DNA from: Podarcis tiliguerta
Lineage: Eukaryota
NCBI GenBank assembly: GCA_965153285.1
Contig: OZ229112.1
Length of the DNA stretch: 64,000 bases
Direction: 5' to 3' (one strand)
Shown here: positions 37,434-51,300 of the stretch, in pieces
Numbering within the stretch: position 1 is the stretch's first letter
Layout: every line of letters starts with the position of its first letter
Translations under genes and position numbers: made by a program
The notes under the pieces: model-generated
Databases searched by the model: none
Seen by the model: the letters and a program-made list of their open reading frames with translations, nothing else
Told to the model about the DNA's origin: nothing

Positions 37434-37798
37434 GGGACATCAACACTGAGCCTCTTGGGCTTGCCAATCAGAAGGTCGGTGGTTCGGATCCCCATGATGG
37501 CATGAGCTCCCTTTGCTCAGTCCCAGCTCCTGCCAGCCTAGCAGTTCGAAAGCATGCCAAAAAGTGCAAGTAGATAAATAGGTTCCTTCTGGTGGGAAGC
37601 TAAACGGCATTTCCATGCACTGCTCTGGTTTCAGTGCTCCATTGCACCAGAAGGGGTTTAGTCATGCTGGCCGCATGACCCAGAAAAACTGTCTGCAGAC
37701 AAACACCGGCTCCCTTGGCCTGTAAAGCAAGATGAGCACCATAACCCCAGAGTCGTCTGCAACTGGACTTAACTGTCAGGGGTCCTTTACCTTTTACC
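37434..37798 (+). mobile_element. Sauria SINE with a deletion in the head
   Basis: Homologous body and tail; the A-box region is missing after gggaca; no clear TSD. Confidence 0.92.
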
Positions 37799-37824
37799 AT
37801 TTAAAAAATATTTGCATTGATCAG

Positions 37825-38043
37825 TTTACATTTCTATGCCACCCTTTCTCTGAGAAGGGTGTGAATAAATGCTGGCTGGTTGTTTTTATCAATGTTATCC
37901 CTTCAAATAACCCTGTGAAGCAGGTTGGGATGAAAGATAGCAACTGGCTCAAGGTCATCCAGTAAGCTCCATGGCTGAGCTGGAACTTGAATTCAGATCT
38001 CTCTGGCTTAAGCCCAAAACTCTAAATGTTACATCACAAACTC
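37825..38043 (-). mobile_element. Old CORE/L2-tailed SINE (MIR/Squam3-like)
   Basis: aaccctgtgaagcaggttggg...actggctcaaggtcatccagtaagctccatggctgag...ttgaattcagatctc, the reverse complement of the 60243 copy. Confidence 0.75.
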
Positions 38044-41000
38044 TTGGTGCAAACATCTGAACTAGTCCAAATTAGATGCATTGTTTTAATCAACTATAAA
38101 AGATCAATTTCTTTTCTCAGTCACTTGCCAGTAAATTAAGCTTTATAAACAATTACATTCAAAAATTACATGGGAGCAAATTTAGTGGGTTGCTAGTTCT
38201 AACATCCATTTTTATACTAGAACATTAATTATCCAGCTGACAACGCTCTGACATTATTAATAGTCAGAGCCCACAAATCTGAGTTGGCACTGGTAGTCAG
38301 GCAAAATTGGTGGTTGTCATTAACCTTGACCCATACTCAACTTGGCAAAGGGATGGAGTCGTCTCTCAGATGCTAGGCTAAATTCCAGCCTTTGTAGAAG
38401 GACACAGTCGTGTCCCTGCAGTTGTAGCGTGCTTTGTAAGCACTCTAGAGTTCAATATATCTGCTTTGGATAAACTCCAAAACTCTGGGGTGAGCACACA
38501 CACACCCCCCCCCCCGCCACAAGCCTGGAACATGAGAGAATGACAAGAGCTTGTCACTACAGTCATTCTGAGTTCTGGAGGCACTCCAAAGCTCAGCCTG
38601 ACTTTAGAGACAAACTTGGGAGAAGTAGAGATTTATCTAGGTTGAGCTTCAGAGGCATTTGTCGGTAGTTTATTCATTGTTTTGAAGTACCTCAGAAGCC
38701 TAGCACAGGTGAGAGATATGAGCCCCTGTATATATGGGCCTACACGCTTAACATTGGTGAGTAAATTTGTGAACCCCATTTATAGCATTTATGCTGAATG
38801 GGGCATTGTATTCAAAATTGCCAGTGTTCTCTCCATCAATGGGAATCACTCTAAATTAACCCAAACTTTATCATATATATGAAATGCTTTGAATAGTTTA
38901 TTCAGCCATCCAAGCACCTGGACCATGATAGGTCAGGATGTAATTGCTTACACATATTATACGTAAATTCCGCCTAGTAAATTCAAAGAATGGCATGCAG
39001 CCCTTGTAATTTCATTTCTTTGAGACTGCAGATTAAACATTCCACACAGTTATCCTTCTAGTGTTCTTCATCTTCATCTGACCTGGTTCACGCATGCATG
39101 TTCATCACAGATCACTGAAACCTTATATGTGTGAATAGGCTATGTTAGACAAACAACATGTGAAACTATATATATGTTTCCATGGAAAATATTGATCTAG
39201 ATATCATATCTAACTGATGTACAAAATAAAGTGAAGCTTTTACTAAGATTGTAAAACAATTTTACAATGTCCTCATAGTAACTCTTTGAATGATTAGTGT
39301 AATGATGGATTCTGAGCCAAAATAAATAAAGAACATTTGGAGATCCATATTGTTACATTTGCCATGTATGCAAATGGGGGCCTTAGTTTGGTCCTCCAAA
39401 CTGTATCCATCACAATAAATTAACACAAGACATCATGGGTGCAAGACACTTTGCAATACAAATGCAATTAAACTTCTTATCTCCTCCTGTGCAACCATAC
39501 CAATGTGCGTGTGTGTGTTGTTGTTGTTTTTAAAGCAGACATCTCTCCTGTTTATTTCATCTTCCTACTAAATATTCTGGATAATCCCCAAACCTTTCAG
39601 ATGCTACTACTGTATTGGATTCAGATCCTGATCATGAGCACCACAGGGTCTATGGGTGTTCAATTGTGTATTAAATTTAAAAGCAAATAAGATCTACTCT
39701 CAGTATTTGACTGTTAAATTATAAGAAAATAGTCTCAATAACTCTTTTCTATTAGTCCTGCTTCTCCTGAGCCAATCATATTCATTCATCACCTTATGTG
39801 AATAACTGAAGTGTCTCATGAGAAATGGAGAAAGTTCTAAGACCTTTTTATGTGGTTACTGTTGCTAGGGAAACCACAGCCTTGATATCCATGTATCCAG
39901 CATGTCAGTCTCATTTTGCATCTAGCTATCCAAGAACCAAGGCTGAAGAAAGGCAATTGGGAGAGGGGGAGAGAGAGTACATTTGCATAGGTGTTGCTCT
40001 TAACTCTTGTTCTGCCTATATTGCAAATGTCTTGAGGATCTGCCATAAAACGGTTTTCTCACTAAAGACAGCTGTTTGCTGTGTTCATCTCTGAGAGTAA
40101 GTGATTCCAAATAGGAAAGGGGACAATGTTTTGTTTTGTTTCTGAAGTGACTCAAAATATCTGCATTTCTAACCAACATTTTCTATGTGTTGCTAAGAAT
40201 TAGTTATCATTGCATTACTTCTGAAGATTACTTTGCAATTGCAAAGCTTGCCTGTGCTGATGTAATTCCATCCATTAGGGTATATAAGCTTCCTGATTTT
40301 GCACACCTTAAACGAGTTATTCATATCAGCATCTTTGCATTTCTAAAAATAACATTGTTAAATAAAAACTATGTCACAGAGTCAAACCAAATCTGTGCCT
40401 GAGCCATAAACCTTGTTCAGAAAGGCAGAACAAGAATTGAAGAAAGAGAGTTCACTGCAAATATCAATTATTTCCATGGGACCAACTCCCATATAGTAAG
40501 GATTGAATAGGATTTCAACCTTGGTTGCTTTGAACATGAACCAGAAGAGAATCCCAGGGGGAAGAGGGAAGGGAAGTAACTCATTCTGATCATTAAAATC
40601 AGAAGTCCAGAAGGGTCTTTTGTGGGCAATGAGAACTGCCCTCATTACCTCCAACCCTAGAGAGGCTATATCTTCGTTAGTAGGGATTGTAAATTATACT
40701 GTAAAGCACATTATATGAATTCCAAGTCATTCCCTGGCATCTCCAGTTGCAATGATCTCAACACATAGAATGGCTAGAAAAGGATCTCACTGTCTGAAAC
40801 CATGGGGAAGCTCCTGTCAGTGTAGATAATAATGGATTAGGTAGACCAATGGTTTGATGCAAGGTGCATTCCGACATGAGGAAAATTGCATTAGTTTTCC
40901 TAGTTATAATGTCGGTGCTTCTGTTGCATTTTCTAATGTTCCATTTGCACTGCAGTACCTGTTGGGTTATGGAATTGGGGCTTTTGGAGCACTGGCATGT

Positions 41001-42274
41001 TGCACTAAATTTCATTTGCATGAGTAGGCATAGTGTCTCACAACAATGAATGTAATTGGACAATGTCACTACTTCCCATCCTTTCTGCACATGTATGCTT
41101 CTGTTCTCCCATGAGACCACCACAAAAACAGCAGGAAAGAACTGTATGCCAGTTTACTGCCCCAAATTTGATCACTTTACTCCTTTAATTTTCCAGGTTA
41201 AGGAGGCTGTAAATGGATTTTTTTCTAGATCAAATAATATGGAAATGAGTGCTAAACATGAGTCATATTCCATTATATTTCTAGAAGTGGATTTTATGTT
41301 GTGTGGAAGCTCAAATATAATGAAGGAATTAACAGTCAGGGAAATGTCAGGGAAATGGAATAAACTGCTGTTTGAATGCAGCCTAAGTATTAGGCAGCTT
41401 AGCATGTATACAGAGATTTGGACAAACCATATTTCTTAGGAAGCCATTACAGAAAATGATAGAGTGAAGAGAAAGCAAAAATCTCTAGGACTGGCAATCC
41501 TCCTGTATTAGTTTGGACTTCTTTGCACATTAAGGCAAATAAATACTTACTGCAATTAAATGCTGAACTAATTTGGAATTTCTAAAAACACATTCAAAGT
41601 GAATAACTGAGTGCGACTAGTGGTTGCAGTCAACACAGCACTACGGAGATCATTCCCTCAGCACAGGCATTTTTGCTTGCCAATGGAAAAATCTCCCATC
41701 TCCCCCCACCCCACCCCCACATACTGTTCTAAGGGTTCTCCTAACCCTCTGGAGCAAATTGAGTGGGCACAGGGTGGGGGAGAGAAGAAAGTCCCAATGC
41801 TGTATTGAAAGTCTTTGCATTGTCCTCTGCCAGCACAACAATTTAGTTGACTAGGGCCCTAGTTTTTAAAAACAAAATGTGTGAATTAGATTCTACTACC
41901 GGTACTTCCTCAGAGATTAAGAATTCCAAAAAGCAAGGGGGCAAGAGAGCCTTGGTCAAAGCAAGACCCATCCATTCATATGCGGAATTATTGATTGTTA
42001 TGCAAAGCAATCCCATTACTCAGAAATAAGTATTTCTGGGCCAGATTCAACTTGTGCTAGCAGAATCCAGTGCAACAATCCTGCTAATACAACAGGACTT
42101 TCGCCTTTCTTCTCCCCCCACATGACCCCTGCACTTTCCCTAAGCCTGTTTGGAAGGGTTAGAAAAACCCACAGAACATGGTGAAGGGTGACAAGAGACA
42201 TGATCTAGCAAGCAGAAACACTTGTGCTTGACAGAACTATCATTTTAGGGTGACCTTGAATTCTACCCATTGTG

Positions 42275-42496
42275 TACTTAATTCGTTCCGGAGGTCCATT
42301 CTTAACCTGAAACTGTTCTTAACCTGAAGCACCACTTTAGCTAATGGGGCCTCCTGCTGCCGCCGCGCTGCCAGAGCACGATTTCTGTTCTCATCCTGAA
42401 GCAAAGTTCTTAACCTGAAGCACTATTTCTGGGTTAGTAGAGTCTGTAACCTGAAGCGTATGTAACCTGAAGCGTATGTAACCCGAGGTACCACTG
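42275..42496. mobile_element. Tc1/mariner (pogo/Tigger-like) MITE lacking the left TIR
   Basis: Homologous to 48075-48316; ends gaggtaccactg followed by TA; internal taacctgaagc repeats. Confidence 0.85.
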
Positions 42497-42711
42497 TACT
42501 AGGAAGTAAGTCATATTGACATCAGTGAGACTTCACTTACTTCTGAATAACTATGCATAGGATTTGACCATTTGCTAATTGTCTCTGTATGGCTGCAACC
42601 ATTTACTCACTTGCCTGAACTCAGTGGGGCTTACTTCTAAGCAGACATCCACAGGACTGCACTGCATATTTGTTATCATAATTGTGTGCAGATGCACCAC
42701 AAATTTTACAT

Positions 42712-43803
42712 AACAGAATCAGAACTGTAGAGTTGGAAGGGACCCCAAGGGTCATCTACTCCAACTTCCTGAAATACAGGAATCTCAAGTAAAGCATCCA
42801 GGGCAGATGGTCATCCAAATTCTGCTTCTAAACCTCCAAGTAACCACTTTCTGAGGGAGTCCGCTCCACTGTCATACAGCTCTTACCATCACAAAGTTCT
42901 CCCTAATGTTTAGCTAGAATCTCCTTGTAACTTGAATCCATTGGTTCAGGCCCTACCCTCCAGAGCATGAGGGAAAAAAGCTTGCTTCATCATCCATGTG
43001 ACAGCCCTTTAGATATCTGCAGATGACTATTATATCTCCTCTCAGTCTCCTCTTTTCCACACTAAACATTCTGAACTCCCTCGAACATTTCTCACAAGGC
43101 TTGGTTTCCAGGCTCTTGATCATCTTGGTCACCATCCACTGCACATTCCCGCTTGTCAATGTTCTTCTGAAATTGTGGCACACAGAATTGGACACAACAC
43201 TCCACATGTAGTCTGACCAAGGCAGAGTATAACATCCCTTGATCTGGACACTAGATTTCTGCATTAGCTTTACTTCCTGCTGCATCACACTGTTGACTGC
43301 TGTTAAGCTTATGGTCCACTAAGTACCCTAGATCCTTTCCCCATGTATTACTCGCAAGCCTGTTGGCCCCCATCTTATATTTGTGCTGCTGGTTATTCCT
43401 GCCTAAGTGTAGAACCTTGCATTTGTCCCTATTGCAATTTATTTTGTTGGTTTTGACTCAGTTCTCCAATCTGTTAAGGTAAATTTGAATTTCACTTCTG
43501 TCTTCTGAAGCACTAGCTACCTCTCCCTGTTTGGTGTCATCTGCAAATTTGATGAGCATGCTCTCAATTCCTTCATCCATGTCTTCTATAAAGATATTGA
43601 ACAACAACAGGCCCAGGACAGAACCCAATAGCACCCAGCTTGTCACTTTTCCAGGATGCTAGGGAACCACTAATGAGCACACGTTGGACTGGGCCAGTCA
43701 ACCAACCACAAACCCACCTAACAATAACCTAATCCTGCCCACATTTTACCAGCTTCTCCACTGGAAAATCATGGGGGGCTTTGTCAAAAGCCTTACTGAA
43801 ATG
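42712..43803 (-). mobile_element. CR1 LINE 3' portion (RT to 3' tail)
   Basis: ORF 43458-43646 GSVLGLLLFNIFIEDMDEGIESMLIKFADDTK; ORF 42953-43288 FSVEKRRLRGDII..YLKGCH; CR1 terminus cccttccaactctacagttctgattctg. Confidence 0.93.
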
Positions 43804-45861
43804 TCCGGTTTTATCAAATGTATTCATTTGTGGAGAAGAGTGAGATTTGTTGTATTGATTTTTTTTTTGTCCAAAGTACATAAGATATAGTTTTTGTATT
43901 AAAAAAACTTAGCAAACAGCATTTTTTGACAGCACTACTGTCAGAATACTTTTCGCTTATGCAATCTCCTGTATGCTCTGGGTTGTTGATTTCCCCCTCC
44001 TCCTCCGTCAAGAAGTCCTCCTGTCCCAAGGGTTGTTTGCAACTTTATTTTCTCTCTTCAGCATGTATTTATGAGGAACCTTTCTGTATCTTACTTTATG
44101 CAGAGGTCATACGCAGAATGAATGATTTCAGCATATTATGTGCTTTAGCATAACCTTCAGCTTATAACAGGAGCAAATGCTTAGCCCCAAGTTCCTTCCA
44201 GGGTTTGTGCTACAAAAAAAGATTGTAGTGAACTCAAGTTGTTGAATATGGAGTGGGGGAAAGGGCTTAGGTGTCAGAGAAATGCTAATACGTGGCCAAA
44301 TGGTCAAAAAGTGAATTACATTATGGCAACAACAGAGAACGTCTTCAGTCCTACAGACATACACAAAAAAGAGGAAGACTGGACTCACTGTGATGGATTT
44401 TTAAAATGTAGGAAAGAGAGGGTTTTTATGCTATTGTCCTGAGGCTGACAGCTGAGAAACTGGATGAATCTGAAAATATGTTTCATCCAGCCCAATCACT
44501 GGAAGGTGACTCTAACCTGAACCTACCATGATTTTATCTAATCTGCTATACCTGAATCACAGTTGGACACAAGCATTGGTTAATACTTTGCTTCTTTTTT
44601 ATATCATAGGACTGTTGATTAATCACCCTTTAATGACAACACTATGGGACGTCCTCTGGGATTTTAAAAATGTTTTGAAATATTGTTTTGTTTTTAGATT
44701 TTTGTGGTGTTTGTGGCCTTAAGTTCTATTATCTGTATGCTCTTTACGTGGCTCATAAACAGCTTTTGTGGGGGGATTGACATTGAAAATCAGTATGTAA
44801 ATTGATTACATAAACAAACAAACTTGAAAGGCACCTTGAAGTCAGCTGGCAAGGCAGGTTTCAATCTCTACAAGAACATGGTTTCAGATAAGGCGTGTAT
44901 TCTAAGAATGCCTATAGTTGCACCCCCATTGATTGCTCAAGCATCTTGCCCAAGAAGAGGGCAAGCAGTTAACAGTGACACTCAGTAACAACGCAGTGAG
45001 GATTACTCAGAAGAGTGGGAAAGGACTGTGTCTTAGAACTGGAAGAAAAGCTTGTTCCTGAATGTGGTTTCAAACTCAACTGGGAAGTGCTGACAGAGGA
45101 AGCACAGCAGTTCATGATGCATGCTTATTTTGTGAATTCCAGTTAATATACAAGGAGAGCTCATTCCTGTAGAATGATCATGGGCTGCATCAGGATAATC
45201 AGGAGGAAGTGCGTATTTCCCCCCCCCTTTGTACACTGTCCCAGAAATACAATCCATTTTCAGACAGTTTCCAGAAAATGCAACAAGATAAACATTGCCC
45301 ATCTTTTTAAAATGGTGAACAAGGTATGGATGGAACTGGATGTGGCTGGAGATCCAAATGCAGCATCATGGTGCATCCTCTTCACTGCCTCGTGATATGT
45401 TGTGAAACAAAGTATATCACAACTCACGCTTTGATTTGCCTCACCCTTCAAAGCAAGCATCAACCAAGGGAATGGGGTGGAGAGGGAGATTAAGCTCTGT
45501 TGCCTTTGGTACCAGGTGTCATGTAAAAATGAGTGCCATGACTTACTTTTCCTCCTCCATTTCCTTTGCCTTTTGTATGTATCCTGATTGCGAGCCTGAG
45601 GGCAGGGGTTGTCTTCTTCTCATTGATACTGGAAGCCTGAAGAGTGGGATAAAGTAGCCAGTCAAAACAATCATGGTGCAGTAATATTATTTCACCTCAA
45701 CCACCCCATGGGCTTGGAGGATGACATGGAGGGGGAGGAAGTATGACTTGAGAAGCTATCGGTCCTTTACTCCAAGACTCTCCATTCTAGAAGAGGTGGC
45801 TCTGCAGGACTCTTCACACTTGGAGCCCACACTCACAGGGCAGTCCTCACAAGCCCTACAC

Positions 45862-46188
45862 CATGGGTAGGCAAACTAAGGCCCAGGGGCCGGATCCGGC
45901 CCAATCGCCTTCTAAATCTGGCCTGCAGACGGTCCAGGAATCAGCTTGTTTTTACATAAGTAGAATGTGCCCTTTTATTTCAAATGCATCTCTGGGTTAT
46001 TTGTGGGGCCTGCTAGGTGTTTTTACATGAGTAGAATGTATGCTTTGATTAAAAATGCATCTCTATGTTATTTGTGGGGCATAGGAATTTGTTCATCCCC
46101 CTCCCCCCCAAAAATATATAGTCTGGTCCCCCACAAGGTTTGAGGGACAGTGGACTGGCCCCCTGCTACAAACGTTTGCTGACCCCTG
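45862..46188. mobile_element. Non-autonomous hAT (Charlie-group) transposon
   Basis: TIRs catgggtaggcaaac / gtttgctgacccctg; perfect 8-bp TSD ccctacac at 45854-45861 and 46189-46196; an internal ~60-bp direct repeat. Confidence 0.92.
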
Positions 46189-48074
46189 CCCTACACTGTT
46201 ATAGCCAGTTATTGTAGAACTGGCCAACAGCACTTTGAGAACAAAAACAGAGGACCAATAGCAAGATTTGACTGGTCAGCCTTCAGAAGGCCACTGCACC
46301 TTGCTGGGACAACTTTCCTGAATGACAATATTCCAGCCAGTGCCTTCCAAAATCCTGACAGAGCCTGCCTTGCCTGTCATGACTCTGCCCTACTGAAACA
46401 TATCTCTGCTGCAGTCAGCTTTCCCTGTGAGCCCTGAACTGTGACAGGAGAGGACAAGGTTCCATCTACCCAGGAACATCTGCTACCATCACAGGACAGT
46501 GACTTACCTGGCCTCACAAGCAACTAAAGTCATACTCCACAGGCTTGTGTGTGTGTGTGTGTGGTGTTTTAAAGAGTGTTGAACTATGGGACTATCACGG
46601 CGGTAGCTTTGTGTTTGCATGCAGAAATCTCTTTCTGAATCCTGAAGTGTTGTTTAAAAAAATAGATTTCTCAGAGGCATGCAGATGACGTTAAATATTT
46701 CTACACTTCACAGTGAATTGCTCATTCACCTGAGTGTTTAACTATGTCAATGTGTTCAACATTATCATATTTAATTGAATAGTTCAACAAGATAATATGC
46801 CAGTGCACATATCATTGTGAGGAATCTTTCAATGCATTATTGGCTGACAATAGATAAGGCAACCCTCAAACAAAACACAAGGGACTTAGCATGTAAAAAA
46901 TTATATACATGAGCAAAAATGAAATGCATAAAGAGTTTCCTAAAGGCTGATTACATATTAGGCATTTCACATCTCATCTCCCTTTATGAAAAGGGGTGGG
47001 AGGGGGGAGAAAGCAGGAAAAGATGCCATGGAAAGATAAAACATCTGGCAGCTCCAAATATGAGAAAACATTGCATCCAAACCTTAGGTTTAGGGCCAAT
47101 TCCAACTTAATACGCAGCTCTGTATTCCACAGGAATGGGGGGCACCAATTTGGACTGATGTGTACTACTTCCCTGTAGTATTTACCTGTCCCCAATCCCA
47201 ATATGCTTTGCTAGGTTGCCTGATTAAACACTCATATTATTGATCTATTCACCCAGATTTTGAGAAGTGTTTTCTACAGATTAGTCAACATCTGCCAAAC
47301 CTCCGTGTTCTTAATTTCTTATTTATTTATTTTTTTAAAAAAAGTACAATAAGGCTGTGCTCGGTTTTTGGCGAGCAGCTGTTTTTAAAGGACAGAAAAA
47401 CAGATACCTATTTTTCTTGTATATTCCAAGAATAATCTAAATACAAACCAAAATGATGACAAAAATGGTAATAAAACCGGCAGTGTATATGCAATGGATT
47501 TGACTGGCAACTATGTCCTTATAACGCTTTCAAACTTATATAATATTGGGCTTCCTGTGAGAAAACAAAAGCTAGGCCATACATTATTTGGACAAATGGG
47601 GCAGGATGGTGGTGGGTAAGTCTTTCAAAAAATTGTTGTTGCCCTCTCTTAATAATATTGGTCAACCACTGCTGGGTGCTACATGCTCCCCCAGAAAATG
47701 CTTCTTACCTAAAGGGATACCAGAGTGTGGGCAAGAAATGGTGGTTGTTATTGTTGTTGGATTTATTTAGTTTACATTGCATTATGGATCCAATTTCAAA
47801 TTCTACTTCTCATTTTGATTTGACCTCATGACAGACAAAAGAAAAAAAACATGTTAATTAACTTACTGATATAAGACATGTCAATAGACACAGGCTTTAA
47901 GGGGACGTTCGAAAATTTATGGAAAATAGGACTACAGTGGTTATTGTGGCATGACTTTATGCAGGAAAGATCTAGTTCCTCAGATGTAATGGAGGTGTTG
48001 GATGATGTTATATATACACATGAGGGAGCAGGGACATTCTTGTTCAAAGTAAGATTAAGAAATAACAAGACATA

Positions 48075-48316
48075 CAGTGGTACCTCTGGTTACGAACTTA
48101 ATTCGTTCCAGAGGTCCGTTCTTAACCTGAAACCATTCTTAACCTCAGGTACCACTTTAGCTAATGGGGCCTCCTGCTGCCACCGCGCCGTGGGCACATG
48201 ATTTCTGTTCTCATCCTGAGGTAAAGCTCTTAACCCAAGGTACTACTTCCGGGTTAGTGGAGCCTGTAACCTGAAGTGTTTTTAACCCGAGGTGTTTGTA
48301 ACCCGAGGTACCACTG
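48075..48316. mobile_element. Tc1/mariner (pogo/Tigger-like) MITE, complete
   Basis: TIRs cagtggtacctc / gaggtaccactg flanked by TA on both sides (48073-48074 and 48317-48318). Confidence 0.93.
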
Positions 48317-51300
48317 TATATTGAAAGTAAAGATACCCTATATTAATCCATATCAACAAGATTTACAGAAGAATCCTAACCCTTAGATTTGCTGGCTAAA
48401 AGTGGTTAGGGCAGAGTAGAAGTAAGTGGCTGAAGAAAACCAAGGGAATGTTTTGATTATGAGCTCTGAGGAACATATCAATGTTGCCAGACCTCTCATC
48501 CTCTGCAAATTTTTAATCAGCTTTGCCGTTGCTTTGCACCTCGGAGGGCTGTATTAGAGAGTGGCTCCTCTGTTTGCTGCCTGGAAGTTTAAGTGAAACA
48601 TATCTGAGTTGGTGGGATATGTGTATGTTCTATTCAGAAATGTTGAAACATTTGCATTTGGAAAGAAAACACATTTTTCAACCTCACTGTTCATTTGTAG
48701 ATTTAATTTGAATGTGCCTGACTATATATGCATCTAACTTTAAATTGCACCATCTGCATGTGTACATATAGGTTTTCAATTTACATGAACACAGATGTAA
48801 TCAATGGACATATTTGGGCAAACAGAATCAAAACAGAGCCACATATGCAATAAATGAAGGCTACGTACATATGGTTGCAATGGTGTATAGCCCAACAATG
48901 TTACACATAGGCATGGATTGCTTGGAAGGGATGGGGTTCATTTTTCAATGCAAAGATTGGCATTTCACCTTTCACAGTGAAATCATAATCTTTTCTTCCC
49001 TCTTGGCAAAGGGGGAGGGGTGTCAACCTGCAGATGGTGTCCTCTAAAGTGGCTGCAAAGACACGTTAAACAAAGCAACCCCCAGGAATATCCAGAGTGC
49101 AGTCTTCCCTTTTTTAGTCACCAAGATGTGGGGTGGATTGCCTTCTTTAAAGTGGCAAAATGGTCTTTCCATGGGCTGACAGTTACTTCACAAAAAGCAC
49201 TGCTCTGTTTTGTCTGAGCATTGGAAGCTTGAAGCACTACACCACCATACAATTGTGTTGCATTCATTCTTTTACATCACAGGTGGAAACCTCTGCCCCA
49301 TTGGCAAAATTACATCCACCAGGGTTCCTAATTTAGCCCGCGAGGCTTTTCCCTCCCACCCCCAACCAAGCACACTTGTCACTCATCTGGTGCCCCAGCT
49401 GTTCCTTTCCAAGTCTGGCTTGCGTTTGGTGCTATATGACTTTGGTGCTGAATGCAAGCTTGGGCCAGAGTCAGATCCATCCAGTGTCACATGATGTCAG
49501 ATGACTGAGAGGTGCATGCTCTACCCACCTGTCAAATGGGCCCCACAGAATGTTGGCCACAACTTGATCCAGCCTACTGGCCAAAACTAATTATCAACGC
49601 CAGATTTACAGTACATACACACTTGCAAATAAAAAAAGTTAATTTACAAGCAAGAATCTCATATGCATTAGCAAGATACTGATGTAATTAATGTTTAGGT
49701 GCCTGGCAGAGTGAACAGTGAGATAGCATGGGGATGTCAAAGGAACACCAACCCCAGATTAAACACTCAAAAAAGTCCACTACATGTGTGTTGACTCCCT
49801 ATACCTATCTTTCCAATATAATTTACATCCAAGATCCATTGAGATAGAAATTCAAAATGCTCATCTTAAAATGGAATTTTAATCTTTCCCTTATAACCTG
49901 CCCAATACCACCGATTGGTTCAACCTGATTATAGCTGCATACTGCCATAAAATAGAACCTTTCTAGAAGGCAGAGCACTGAATTATACATTGTCTGTTGT
50001 GTTTACTAACATAGGCACGGCAGTCTCACACACAAGTGCCTAGAAAGTACTTTTCTCTTTCTGACATTAGTATCTTTTGACAGTCCGTGATCATAAGATC
50101 ACTTCAAAACTGGATAGCATGGAGGCAATTTTCATTGCCCAGTTCTTATATTCTGTAATCAAGTGATGTAAGATTAGGAGCTAGGAGCCTCTCTTCTCCA
50201 GCAAAGCAGTGCTCCATCATAATTTAAGTAAAAAGAAAAACCAAATGAGAGAAATCCAGTGTTTTAAAAATGTCTGTATATTCCAGCTTTCACCTAAAAT
50301 AATGCTTAAAGTGGCTTACAAAACATTAAACTCAATAGAATAAATGCAGTAAGCAAACCATAGTGCTACAGTGTAAACAAACCACAATGACTACCAGAAT
50401 AAACAAATATAGCCTTGTATAATATGGAAAAAAATATTAATGCTTCTGTTATAGACCTTTATTTCTGCATCTGAAGGCTAAAAACTCCCATTTTGGGAAA
50501 GGTATGAAAAGAACCCCCCCCCCCCATATATATATACAGTGGCCCACACAGCACAGATTTAAAAAGTGGGACAGTCATCTTAGTTTTAAAAAGGATAGGT
50601 TTTGCCTTCTTTAAAAACACACACTTAAAAGGTTAGGCAGTTGTTGTAGTTAAATACGGATAGGGATTTATGGCTTTGGCATAACCTATCATGTGAAATG
50701 GCACCTAAGACCATCTTGGAAACAGCTAACAGGCTAGTCATTTGTGAATTAGTCTTAGATATTCTTTGGCGCCACTCTAACCCACTCATCCACAATAGTG
50801 GCAATAATAGGAAAGGGAGAAAGACAAATATTAATACAATAATTAACCAGCTTTTGCTGATATATGGAATCTAACCTTCTGAAGTGTTTTGTTTTCCTAG
50901 TTATTCCTTGCTCTGGATCTGTTTCTCCAGGAGAGATAGCCTAGGGCTATGTATGCAGCCCTTAGTCTTAGTCCTTCAAAAAGTTGCATTCATTCATAAA
51001 TTAATGGAATCACTAGATGTTTGCTGCTTCAGACAAACTCATCTGGGAGACAGTAAAATCAGCATAGCATTTCTGCAATTTAATGCCCCACAAAAGGAAC
51101 CCAGTCCATCTCTTATAATGTTTGTTATCCAGACTACTTTCTGCTAGGCTGAGAGGAGCCATAACCCATCTTGCTGAATGGTTCCTGGGAGCATTCGAGA
51201 GGGACAACTCACAGGTATGTTTGTGCCCAGTTGGCTGTTCTGTTGCTCCCATTAATTTGCTGCACAAATTCAAACTAGATTAACATTGGTTGTGCAAACT

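Noticed and set aside
42300-42490. Spaced taacctgaagc repeats that look superficially CRISPR-like
   Set aside because: Irregular spacing, eukaryotic context, and they are subterminal repeats of a Tc1/mariner-type MITE also present at 48075-48316.
45720-46450. Possible LTR surrounding the hAT insertion
   Set aside because: No matching TSD or convincing TG...CA pair could be defined.
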